DNA of 64,000 nt from Minisyncoccota bacterium (GTDB lineage: Bacteria > Patescibacteriota > Minisyncoccia > Phycocordibacterales > UBA918), in assembly GCA_021129515.1 (NCBI GenBank), contig JAJOLD010000001.1:61633-125632 (forward strand), read 5' to 3'. The position numbers and the translations under genes were made by a program. Below the pieces are notes generated by a model. It was not told the DNA's origin, did not search any database, and was given only the letters and a program-made list of their open reading frames with translations. The first letter of the stretch is position 1. Each line of letters opens with the position of its first letter. Below are positions 10,873-19,414 of this stretch, piece by piece.

Positions 10873-11036
10873 GTGCGAATTTGTGTTTTATGCAAAATAC
10901 AGTTGCACTGATTTTTTCAGACATCGTCTATAGACAGACACTCGCAGGTGTGGTTGTATGTAGCAACAAAACAGGGGTAGGGGTGGTCGAGCTCAGTATG
11001 CGCCGTTTTGGATACAATAAATTTTAAGCAAGAACT

Positions 11037-11300
11037 ATGAAAGGAACCATTGCAAACCTCAGTGACCGAGGTTTTGGATTCATCACTCCTGAAAACGGAG
11101 AGAAGGATTACTTCTTCCATGCTCGATCGCTTGTAGAGGGTGTAGAGTACAATGATCTTAACGTTGGTGACGTTGTTATGTTCGACGTTGAAGACGGAGA
11201 GAAGGGACCAGCTGCTGTGAACGTAAGCGTTGCAGAAGGTGGTGCGGAAGCTCCTGCTGCGGATGATGCAGCTATGGATGCAGATGACGCTGCAGAATAG
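11037..11300 (+). CDS. csp: Cold-shock protein (CspA family) with an acidic C-terminal tail
   Basis: MKGTIANLSDRGFGFITPENGEKDYFFHARSL... contains the RNP1/RNP2 motifs; followed by a strong terminator. Confidence 0.9.
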   Translation: MKGTIANLSDRGFGFITPENGEKDYFFHARSLVEGVEYNDLNVGDVVMFDVEDGEKGPAAVNVSVAEGGAEAPAADDAAMDADDAAE

Positions 11301-11319
11301 GTCGTTCATCAAAGCAAAA

Positions 11320-11353
11320 AGCACGCAAAACCAAAGGTTTTGCGTGCTTTTTG
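11320..11353 (+). terminator. Rho-independent terminator of csp
   Basis: AGCACGCAAAACCaaaGGTTTTGCGTGCTtttt. Confidence 0.85.
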
Positions 11354-11367
11354 TATACCTACCGTAC

Positions 11368-11730
11368 TTAGATAATTCTCGAAATAATAATTGCGCCAAC
11401 AGCTAGTGCCGCAAATGTATGTGCCACCACAACCGCAGCAGCTGCCACATCCTTGCTTTGCCCAATGTGTTCATGTCGTTCAGGATGAAGTCTATCAAGT
11501 GCCATCTCGAGGGCAGTGTTCTGCAACTCGGTAATGAGCAGCAGCGTCCAAGACAATGTGAGCGCAACGAGCTCAAACGGGGAGAGCGGCCAGAGCACAT
11601 ACCCTAGTATGAGGTAGAGCACGCCAACCCCAACCTCCATGCGAAAACTTACATCATCACGAAACGCGACATACAGCCCATGCATGGGATGTGCAACTTT
11701 CTTTGCTGCTTTGTGTACAAGTGTCTTCAT
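11368..11730 (-). CDS. dgkA: Diacylglycerol kinase / undecaprenol kinase (DgkA family)
   Basis: 120 aa, three TM helices, conserved ELQNTALEMALDRLHPE segment. Confidence 0.8.
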   Translation of the reverse strand: MKTLVHKAAKKVAHPMHGLYVAFRDDVSFRMEVGVGVLYLILGYVLWPLSPFELVALTLSWTLLLITELQNTALEMALDRLHPERHEHIGQSKDVAAAAVVVAHTFAALAVGAIIISRII

Positions 11731-11915
11731 GTCTATACAGTATACACGGCATTATCAACACACATGAAGGAACAATGACTGATACGCAGTTCCATGTCTA
11801 TAGTATGATATAATGTAACGTCATACTATAACCGTTACATACGGTTGATGCAAAAAGTGTCTCTGGCGACATCGCTACCGCTGAAGGACTTGCATTTAGT
11901 ACCGATGGTACCGCA

Positions 11916-12770
11916 ATGTTTGTACTCGACACCTCAGGCAACGATGTGCATGAGCATATACTCTCAACCGCATGGGATGTATCGACCGCATCACATGAGT
12001 CAAACTATGACTTTACCACCTACGAAACGAGTGCACAGGGCATCACCTTCAACACCGACGGTACTGCTATGTGCATTTCAGGTATTGATAGTGACGAAAT
12101 ACAAACCTTCTCACTTTCTGTAGGGTATGACCTCTCGTCAACCATTACCCATGAGCATTCCCAGAGCATATCGACACATATTGTTGATCCAAATGGTCTT
12201 GTATTTAACAACGACGGTACACGACTCTATGTCGTTGACGCAGACCCTGAAGATGTGACCATGTATGATTTAGATGCTGAAATGAGCGCACATGTCGTTC
12301 TTGATGGCACTGAAAATAGTCATACAGCCACAAGTACCACACCCGTGATTGGACGGGGTAAAATAGGGCAAGGGATTGCACTCGATGGTACCGCTGATTA
12401 CATCGATGTTGGAAATGTAGCATCAGGGATTCAAACGATAGCTTTTTGGATGAAGGCAGATGACATCACCACTCGAGATATTATTGATATTGACGGTACC
12501 GATAGAATTGAAATAAATGGATCAAGCACCATTGTTGCCACAAGCTTTCCAACATATACCATCTATGTAGATGGTTCTTCGAGTTCAGCAACCATTGATA
12601 GTGATTGGCATCATGTGGCAATTACTGTGTCTGCGGGCGTAAACGCAAGCGACTTTGAAATAGGACGGGCAGATGGAGGCTTCTTTGATGGAAACATTGA
12701 TGACGTGCGGCTCTATACAAGTGTCTTAACACAAGACGAGATTACACAACTGTATGGACTTGGCAGATAG
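11916..12770 (+). CDS. LamG / concanavalin-A-like lectin domain protein preceded by beta-propeller-like repeats; possibly 5'-truncated
   Basis: C-terminal GTADYIDVG...FDGNIDDVRLYTSVLTQDEITQLYGLGR (LamG hallmark). The repeat units (F.TDGTAM.V.D) continue upstream of the first ATG with no in-frame canonical start back to the stop at 11829. Confidence 0.55.
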   Translation: MFVLDTSGNDVHEHILSTAWDVSTASHESNYDFTTYETSAQGITFNTDGTAMCISGIDSDEIQTFSLSVGYDLSSTITHEHSQSISTHIVDPNGLVFNNDGTRLYVVDADPEDVTMYDLDAEMSAHVVLDGTENSHTATSTTPVIGRGKIGQGIALDGTADYIDVGNVASGIQTIAFWMKADDITTRDIIDIDGTDRIEINGSSTIVATSFPTYTIYVDGSSSSATIDSDWHHVAITVSAGVNASDFEIGRADGGFFDGNIDDVRLYTSVLTQDEITQLYGLGR

Positions 12771-12794
12771 GCTTTTGCAATGACTATTACTTTT

Positions 12795-13499
12795 TTACAA
12801 TCCCAAATCCTTTAAAAACTGCTTCTGTTCTTCTCCAGTGATTTTGCGAAACTGTCCAGGCTTAATGTCTTTAATTGCAATATCCATAATACGCACTCGC
12901 TTCAATCGCTGGACTTGGTAGCCGAGTGCTGCACACATACGGCGGATTTGGTGTTTCTTACCCTCGGTGAGGGTAATAGTAAATGAGTTCTTTTGCTTGG
13001 GGTGTACCTCAGCTGGCTTAGTTGTGTAGCCCTCTATGTCGACACCCTCTTCCATATGCTTTTTGAAGTGACCGGTAAGGTTCTTATCTACCCAGACGGC
13101 ATACTCTTTTTCATGTGCATTATCGGGATGGAGCAGTCGGTCAGTAATACGCCCATCGTTGGTGAGTATAATGAGTCCTTCGGAATCCTTGTCGATACGA
13201 CCAACAGGGAAAACACCAGTGAGTCCATAGTCCTTTTTAATACGGGCCTCAATATCAGTTTCTCCTTCAGCCGGTGAATGAGTAATAACACCGCGCGGCT
13301 TGTAGTACGCAAGGTATTGGTATTGCTTGGCAGGCTTAAAGCGGACGTCAACGACATCGCCTTCGTTTATTTTCTGCCCAACCGCTGCAACCTCGCCATT
13401 AACCAGCACTTTGCCAGCGGCAATCAACTCATCAGCAGCCCGGCGGGTACAGTGCCCCTTGTGTGCAAGATATTTGTTTATACGAATTGGATATTCCAT
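12795..13499 (-). CDS. Pseudouridine synthase, RsuA/RluB family (S4 domain + PseudoU_synth_2)
   Basis: KYLAHKGHCTRRAADELIAAGKVLVNG (S4); GRIDKDSEGLIILTNDG catalytic Asp motif. Confidence 0.85.
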   Translation of the reverse strand: MEYPIRINKYLAHKGHCTRRAADELIAAGKVLVNGEVAAVGQKINEGDVVDVRFKPAKQYQYLAYYKPRGVITHSPAEGETDIEARIKKDYGLTGVFPVGRIDKDSEGLIILTNDGRITDRLLHPDNAHEKEYAVWVDKNLTGHFKKHMEEGVDIEGYTTKPAEVHPKQKNSFTITLTEGKKHQIRRMCAALGYQVQRLKRVRIMDIAIKDIKPGQFRKITGEEQKQFLKDLGL

Positions 13500-13522
13500 A
13501 CATGTGAGAATTTTCCCTAAGT

Positions 13523-13543
13523 GTCCTAGGGGACCCCTAGGAC
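13523..13543. repeat. REP-like palindrome family B (GTCCTAGGGG-A-CCCCTAGGAC), copy 1
   Basis: Perfect 10-bp arms; identical 21-mer at 23315-23335; sits in the divergent intergenic region. Confidence 0.7.
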
Positions 13544-13626
13544 ATAGCAGGTGGTCAGAGACTCCCTCTGACCATACGGTATATTTCCTTTGAATTAGAG
13601 AGTTATTGTGCTAATATTTCGGCTCT

Positions 13627-14859
13627 ATGTCAAGTTACGACGTCATCATTATAGGAGGAGGACCATCAGGCATGATGGCAGCCGGTCGCGCCGCAGAGCG
13701 TGGACGTCGGGTTTTGTTGCTTGAGAAGAACCGCGTGCTTGGCAAGAAGCTCTCCATTACTGGTGGTGGACGCTGCAATATTACCAATGCGGAGATGGAT
13801 GTACGCACCTTTCTTGACCACTATGGTGAAAATGCAAAATTTTTCTTCAGTGCGTTTTCTCAGTTTGGGGTGCAGCACACCTTCCACTTTTTTGAATCAC
13901 ATGGCTTGCCGCTTGTAACTGAAGCGCACAAACGCGTATTCCCGCGCTCGCAATCTGCTGAGGACGTGACTAAGACTATGAAAGCCTATGCGTCACATTC
14001 AGGAGTAACCATTCGTACCGCAGTCCGCGTTGATGGGTTCATCATGAATGAGGGGAAGATTGTGGGTGTGAAGACGAATCACGGTGACTTTAAGGCTGAA
14101 AACTTCGTGCTTGCAACTGGTGGGCTTTCCCATCCTGAGACGGGTGCAAGTGGTGAAGGTTTTTCATGGCTGCGTGAGCTCGGGCACTCGGTTACTGAAC
14201 CAAATCCTGACATTGTACCGCTCACGGTAGGGGAGGACTGGGTCAAAAATGCCTCAGGACGTACACTCTCATTTATGAAGATTACTTTCGGCGAAGGAAA
14301 GCAGAAATTCTTGAAGGTAGGAAAGATTCTCTTTACTCACTTTGGGCTTTCAGGACCGTTGATTTTAAATAGCGCACATCAGGTAAAGAAGCTTCTCAAG
14401 GATGGCGATGTCCCCGCGACGATTGATATGTATCCCGATACCGATGTGGTAACACTCCGCAATCGAGTACTCGCAGTGTTTGATGCGAACAAGAACAAAC
14501 AACTCAAGAATGTGCTGAAGGAATGTGTGCCGCATGGCATGGAGGGTGCGGTACTTGAGCAGCTTGATACCGAATTAGCAGAAATGAAAGTGCATAGCGT
14601 TGGAAAAGAGGAACGACTTGCGCTTGTTGACCGCCTTAAAGCAATGCCACTGACGGTCACGGGCACCATGGGTTTTGAATGGGCTGTTGTCTCTGATGGT
14701 GGTGTTGACCTGACGGAAGTTGATACACGAACCTTTGCGTCAAAAATCCATCCCAATCTTTTCTTGACCGGAGATGTGCTCAATGTGAACAGACCTTCTG
14801 GTGGATTTTCACTGCAACTGTGTTGGACTTCAGGCTACATCTCAGGTTCTCATGTTTAG
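13627..14859 (+). CDS. FAD-dependent flavoprotein, HI0933/BaiN family
   Basis: N-terminal YDVIIIGGGPSGMMAAGRAAERG dinucleotide fold; 410 aa. Confidence 0.85.
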   Translation: MSSYDVIIIGGGPSGMMAAGRAAERGRRVLLLEKNRVLGKKLSITGGGRCNITNAEMDVRTFLDHYGENAKFFFSAFSQFGVQHTFHFFESHGLPLVTEAHKRVFPRSQSAEDVTKTMKAYASHSGVTIRTAVRVDGFIMNEGKIVGVKTNHGDFKAENFVLATGGLSHPETGASGEGFSWLRELGHSVTEPNPDIVPLTVGEDWVKNASGRTLSFMKITFGEGKQKFLKVGKILFTHFGLSGPLILNSAHQVKKLLKDGDVPATIDMYPDTDVVTLRNRVLAVFDANKNKQLKNVLKECVPHGMEGAVLEQLDTELAEMKVHSVGKEERLALVDRLKAMPLTVTGTMGFEWAVVSDGGVDLTEVDTRTFASKIHPNLFLTGDVLNVNRPSGGFSLQLCWTSGYISGSHV

Positions 14860-14869
14860 AGGGTGCTTG

Positions 14870-15325
14870 TCATTCTGAAGGATTGAGCTGCAGTTGCGTG
14901 GTCTCATTAAACGAGAAGGGGAGGTGAGTGACCGCAAGGCGGTACTGACCATCAACAGCGATGGTGTGTGGCGTAAATACGGTAAAGAGGGTAAATGTCT
15001 TTTTGGTACCAGCAGGAACTTTGTACATACCATTTTCAATGGTGGCATTACTAATAACCATACTGGTGGTGTCACCATCTATGGTTGTGTCGTCCGTACC
15101 ATAGAGTGCATAGGTAAGCGCGGTGTTGCCCCTGTCTTCGGTGGTGGCAGTAATGGGTACGTAGATGTCATGATTCCCGTGCCCGAGCTTAAATGTAATG
15201 AGGTAGATACCAGCAGTGTTGTCGAGAGTAAATGCGGTTTGGTCAGTGATCTTATATCCGTGACTCGAAAGTGGCATCAAGATACATACGGCACAGAAGA
15301 GTGTGAAGAATCCAAAATGTTTCAT
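14870..15325 (-). CDS. Secreted hypothetical protein (signal peptide)
   Basis: MKHFGFFTLFCAVCILMPLSSHG signal peptide. The overlapping plus-strand ORF 14894-15340 was rejected. Confidence 0.5.
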   Translation of the reverse strand: MKHFGFFTLFCAVCILMPLSSHGYKITDQTAFTLDNTAGIYLITFKLGHGNHDIYVPITATTEDRGNTALTYALYGTDDTTIDGDTTSMVISNATIENGMYKVPAGTKKTFTLFTVFTPHTIAVDGQYRLAVTHLPFSFNETTQLQLNPSE

Positions 15326-15408
15326 ACAAAATATAAATAGAATCACTTAATCACACTACATACTATGGCAATATCGAATATGCAGTAATGACACACGTTA
15401 GTGTATGT

Positions 15409-15439
15409 CGACGTCAAAAAGCAACGCTTTTTGACGTCG
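15409..15439. repeat. 31-bp hairpin with perfect 14-bp arms in a divergent promoter region
   Basis: CGACGTCAAAAAGCaacGCTTTTTGACGTCG. Confidence 0.6.
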
Positions 15440-15610
15440 TTACGAGCGAATGCGAAGCAATCCAGAATCTTTGCTACAAAGTACGACTTAAGATATGAAT
15501 TTTAATTAACATAGGTGCCCAGGAAGATACTTGACGTATTAAGAATGTGATGTAGAATATTTCGCAGTAATTAGTTATTCTTATCTTTCTACATCTACTG
15601 GGAGACCGAC

Positions 15611-16603
15611 ATGGTCACACGATTTTTAGTCGTATCCGTAAGTTTTATCCTGCTTGCCATTACAGGCTGTGCAGGTCCGCATATCAAACCAAACGAGGAG
15701 CAAACAAAACGCTGGCAGGCAGCAAATGAAGCAATAGGGGAGCAACATGCTGAATCGCATATATTGGATGCAGAGGAAAACGCTGCTGCCTGGAAGCAGG
15801 TAAATACAGAACGGGGGAATCGTCAGCAAGAGATTGTTGCTGCAGAACTTCGGTTTCGTAAGGAGCAGGCGCAGTGTTGGCGTCATCCACGCGCGGTGAG
15901 TATACGCGGACGATGCGAAATACCACCTGAGGTTGCAGCACGACCCGTGCTGCAACAGCCTGTAGCATCATCGCAATCTACCCAAATACAAGCCCCACAG
16001 AACAAATCTTCTATAAAATCGAGAAACACGGCAGCAGCGTCACAATCTGCTTACCGTAGTGCGACAAAAACAAGTCAGATAGCATTGCAGCACGATCAAC
16101 ATGCTCATGCTTGGGATGCAAGCGGGCGACGTCCATATACACCCCCTGCGTACATTAATCACAGAAAGGGCACAACCTATTCAATGTTTGAGGATATTCC
16201 TCCTGGGAAAAACAGTGTCACACCACTCTCGAAAGCAGGTCTAAACACTATGTTACAGCAAGGTGCAACAGTTGAAGATATTACACGCGCCTTTTGGGCA
16301 GATGTGCCCATTATGACCACAGCTGCATTTTGTGAGTCTACGTTTCGTCAGTGGGATACAAAAGGAAAGGTATTGAGTGGAAAAAAACACGCTCTCGATA
16401 AAGGTGTTATGCAAATCAATATAAAAGTTCATGGTACAGAACTACGGACATTAGGACTTGATGTGGCAGAGTTGTATGACAACCTGTTATTTGCTCGCAC
16501 GCTCTATAACAGGAATGGCGTCAGTGACTGGAGCGCTTCATACCAGTGCATGCTCAGAAAGCATGACGAGATAACGAACGGGCAGCCATATGTACTGAGT
16601 TAA
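15611..16603 (+). CDS. Lipoprotein with a C-terminal lytic transglycosylase (SLT) domain
   Basis: Lipobox LAITGC; C-terminal FCESTFRQ...GVMQIN...LYDN...W matches the SLT E-S...GLMQ catalytic motif; paralogue of 26342-26716. Confidence 0.7.
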   Translation: MVTRFLVVSVSFILLAITGCAGPHIKPNEEQTKRWQAANEAIGEQHAESHILDAEENAAAWKQVNTERGNRQQEIVAAELRFRKEQAQCWRHPRAVSIRGRCEIPPEVAARPVLQQPVASSQSTQIQAPQNKSSIKSRNTAAASQSAYRSATKTSQIALQHDQHAHAWDASGRRPYTPPAYINHRKGTTYSMFEDIPPGKNSVTPLSKAGLNTMLQQGATVEDITRAFWADVPIMTTAAFCESTFRQWDTKGKVLSGKKHALDKGVMQINIKVHGTELRTLGLDVAELYDNLLFARTLYNRNGVSDWSASYQCMLRKHDEITNGQPYVLS

Positions 16604-16643
16604 GAGAGTTTCGTAGAAGTCCCAGGAGTAAAACGGGACATAA

Positions 16644-16672
16644 AGCCGCAGCAGCAATGCTGTGGCTTTTTT
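16644..16672 (+). terminator. Rho-independent terminator
   Basis: AGCCGCAGCAgcaaTGCTGTGGCTtttttt (one G-U pair). Confidence 0.7.
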
Positions 16673-16706
16673 ATGGTTTACCTTTAGTTGACCCACCAAT
16701 GCCTGC

Positions 16707-17960
16707 ATGAGAAAATTGATACACATGAAACAGACGGCAAAAGACCTCTTTATTCCACATGAAGGCAATGCATATGCGCCAAATGTATTGCAGCGAGTAT
16801 CGATAGGAATCATGGCAGTATTGGTCCTACTCTCGTTTGCCCTCGCGAACCTGCAAGCCTTGTTGTGGATTGGTTCAGATTGGATGGTGGGTACCGTACT
16901 GCCGGCGGTCATTGTCGAACTCACGAATGATGAACGTGCAGATGATACACTCGGTATGCTCACACGAAATGCACTGCTTGATGCTGCAGCAACCCAAAAA
17001 GCAAAACATATGGCACAGCATGAATACTTTGCACACTATAGTCCAGATGGCACGTCTCCATGGCACTGGTTCGATGCCGTAGCATATGACTTTGTGCATG
17101 CGGGGGAGAATCTCGCGGTACACTTTAGTGAATCAGACGCTGTCGTGCATGCATGGATGGACTCACCAGGACATCGTGCAAATATTCTCAACGGTGACTA
17201 CACAGAAATTGGCGTTGGGACGGCACAGGGAACTTATAAGGGCTTCCCAACAGTGTTTGTAGTACAACTCTTTGGAACACCACAGGCTATAGCTGCACCA
17301 CCTGAAACGGTTACCCAAGAACCTCCGAGTACCACCACGCAGCCAACCACCACAACACCCACGACAACCAACAATCCACAGGGTGCACAGCCAACACCGA
17401 CCACCACTCCAATCGAAACTCCACTACTCCAAGATACTGAAGTGGCTGGTGTCGATATCATTGCGTTACCTGTGGTTGAAGAAATAGCACTCGCAGTACC
17501 CACCACCACACCTGCAACTGTCGCTTCTTCTGAAGACACCCCTCCAGAGACCAGCTATGCATCCCCGTCAGATACAGCACTTCTCACCGAGCACCATGAA
17601 ACGGCACCCGCAGAAGAAACGGTACATGAAGTACTGGTGGTATACTCAGATTTTGCGACCACATCACGCAGTGGTGTAGCAGCAATGCTTGGTGCTGATT
17701 CGTTTAGTCATGCTACCTCAGGTGGCACCGCACCAACGGCAGGACTCATGGAGCGGAGCGCTACACAGTCAAGCACCTGGCTCCAAGCAGTGTACGTAAC
17801 GCTTGCTGCGTTTGTCGTCATCGCACTCGTGCTCTCTATTGTGGTTGAGTGGCGAAGACAACATCCTGCGCAAATTGCATACGGCACGGGGCTCTTGGCA
17901 GGAATGGCACTGTTATTCTACGCACATACACTACTAGTCGGCGGTGTCACGATTGTGTAA
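16707..17960 (+). CDS. Membrane-anchored CAP/SCP (YkwD-like) domain protein with Thr/Pro-rich linker and C-terminal TM
   Basis: HYSPDGTSPWHWF...HAWMDSPGHRANILNGDYTEIGVG CAP-domain motifs; TM helices at both ends. Confidence 0.7.
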   Translation: MRKLIHMKQTAKDLFIPHEGNAYAPNVLQRVSIGIMAVLVLLSFALANLQALLWIGSDWMVGTVLPAVIVELTNDERADDTLGMLTRNALLDAAATQKAKHMAQHEYFAHYSPDGTSPWHWFDAVAYDFVHAGENLAVHFSESDAVVHAWMDSPGHRANILNGDYTEIGVGTAQGTYKGFPTVFVVQLFGTPQAIAAPPETVTQEPPSTTTQPTTTTPTTTNNPQGAQPTPTTTPIETPLLQDTEVAGVDIIALPVVEEIALAVPTTTPATVASSEDTPPETSYASPSDTALLTEHHETAPAEETVHEVLVVYSDFATTSRSGVAAMLGADSFSHATSGGTAPTAGLMERSATQSSTWLQAVYVTLAAFVVIALVLSIVVEWRRQHPAQIAYGTGLLAGMALLFYAHTLLVGGVTIV

Positions 17961-18022
17961 TAAGGATTGTCTATACAAGAAACAACTATACACATACTCG
18001 GCTCGGGACACTCAAGGAATCA

Positions 18023-18409
18023 CATGACCCGAAGATACTCTATCGTTCGCGTCCAGCAGCGGGGTTTCCCGTTCCAGGAGACGACGCAGTAGAACAAATC
18101 CTCGATATTAATGACCTTGTGGTGAAGAATCCTTCAGCCACCTTTTTTGTACGCGTCGAGAGTGACTCAATGAAACATGCGGGTATTTTTTCTGACGATG
18201 TATTAGTCATCGACCGCTCGGTACAGCCAACACATGGATGCATTGTCGTTGCTGCCGTGTATGGTGAGATGGTTGTTAAGCGGCTCGCACTCACAGACAA
18301 TACGCTCACATTGGTTTCAGAAAATCCTGACTATGCACCGATAGTGGTATCGGACTCCGAAGACTGCCATATATGGGGTGTCGTTGTGGGGAGTATCCGA
18401 GTGTTTTAG
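18023..18409 (+). CDS. umuD: UmuD-like S24 peptidase (LexA C-terminal domain only); start codon unresolved
   Basis: PAAG|FPVPGDDAVEQILDINDLVVKNPSATFFVRVESDSMKHAG...VVKRL aligns with E. coli UmuD including the Ala-Gly cleavage site and Ser/Lys dyad. The ORF-track reading (from 17849) overlaps the upstream gene; no in-frame ATG, GTG or TTG after 17960. Confidence 0.55.
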   Translation, partial: HDPKILYRSRPAAGFPVPGDDAVEQILDINDLVVKNPSATFFVRVESDSMKHAGIFSDDVLVIDRSVQPTHGCIVVAAVYGEMVVKRLALTDNTLTLVSENPDYAPIVVSDSEDCHIWGVVVGSIRVF

Positions 18410-19101
18410 TCCACGATACATGGGAAGGTGAGGGTGAACGTTGCACCCTTATGTTCAGTACTGGTTACTGTGAGTGTGGCATTGTGTTTTTCTGCAATGG
18501 TCTTTGCAATTACAAGCCCGAGTCCAGACCTCTGCATGCCTGCATGCTTGGCATTGTGCGATCGATGGAAACGTTCAAAGACATGCGGCAGATCTTCTTG
18601 CGGTATACCAATACCCGTATCACTAATCGAGAGTACCGCATGGTCTGCGTCTTTGTGTAAGGTAATAGTAATACGTTTCTCGGCTGCTTTTTTCGTGTAT
18701 TTTTCTGCGTTACTTAACAAACTCAGGAGCAATTCTTTGAGTTTTGGTGTATTACCTAATATCGTCACTCCTGAAGCAATATCACTGGTAACGGTCATGC
18801 CACTATGCGCTGCTGAAATTGCAAAATATTCCACAAGGCCAGTGAGTTCAGTACTCAAGTCAATGCGGTCAGTACGTAGATGCTCATTATTAGATTCAAG
18901 TTCTGTGAGTTTCAATAAATCATAGATAAAGCGTGAAATATCATCGATACTTTTTTCAAAGAGCGCTATTTTATCCTGATGTGGAGCATGTGCATGGAGA
19001 AATCCTTCTTCACCATCTTCGGCGACGTCCACAGCAAAACACTCAGCCTCAAGGCTTTTTTTGAGAAAATCACTAATTTTCTTTTCATCTTCTACAAGCA
19101 A
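18406..19101 (-). CDS. Histidine-kinase ATPase half fused in-frame to the first ~33 aa of an OmpR-type receiver; lacks H-box His and sensor (probable deletion remnant)
   Basis: N-term MLVEDEKKISDFLKKSLEAECFAVDVAEDGEEG (REC start), then the post-H-box region (RFIYDLLKLTELESN) and the HATPase_c N, G1 and G2 boxes (NAEKYT, DTGIGIP, GLGLVIAK). Confidence 0.6.
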   Translation of the reverse strand: MLVEDEKKISDFLKKSLEAECFAVDVAEDGEEGFLHAHAPHQDKIALFEKSIDDISRFIYDLLKLTELESNNEHLRTDRIDLSTELTGLVEYFAISAAHSGMTVTSDIASGVTILGNTPKLKELLLSLLSNAEKYTKKAAEKRITITLHKDADHAVLSISDTGIGIPQEDLPHVFERFHRSHNAKHAGMQRSGLGLVIAKTIAEKHNATLTVTSTEHKGATFTLTFPCIVD

Positions 19102-19414
19102 GAATGCGCATAGAGCGGGGATTCATACCAATTTGCAGATTTGATATTTATTTTAAGTTTACTTTAACTAGATTTTAAAACGAGTGCGTATACTAAGGCA
19201 GGTCTGCAAAAGTGTTATTGGGACAAAAGAGCAACAACACACTGTTACTCTTCACTAGAACTCGAACATATACTGTCCGTCGACCTGTGCGGTATATGAA
19301 GTAGGTTGTTATTGCAGAGGCAACACACTTGACCGAGTTCTAGTGAAGGGACACAGTACTGTCTTGAGTTGTGTACTGCAGTGTACACGAGCTGTTGCTC
19401 AACTCAGTAGGTCG

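Noticed and set aside
14894-15340. Plus-strand 148-aa ORF overlapping the minus-strand secreted-protein gene
   Set aside because: The minus-strand frame has a clear signal peptide and better composition. Only one of the two can be real.
17849-18022. ORF-track N-terminal extension of the UmuD-like gene (ATG 17849)
   Set aside because: It would overlap the upstream CAP-domain gene by 112 nt, and its translation (MAKTTSCANCIRHG...) has no similarity to UmuD N-termini. It is kept only as an alternative in the finding.
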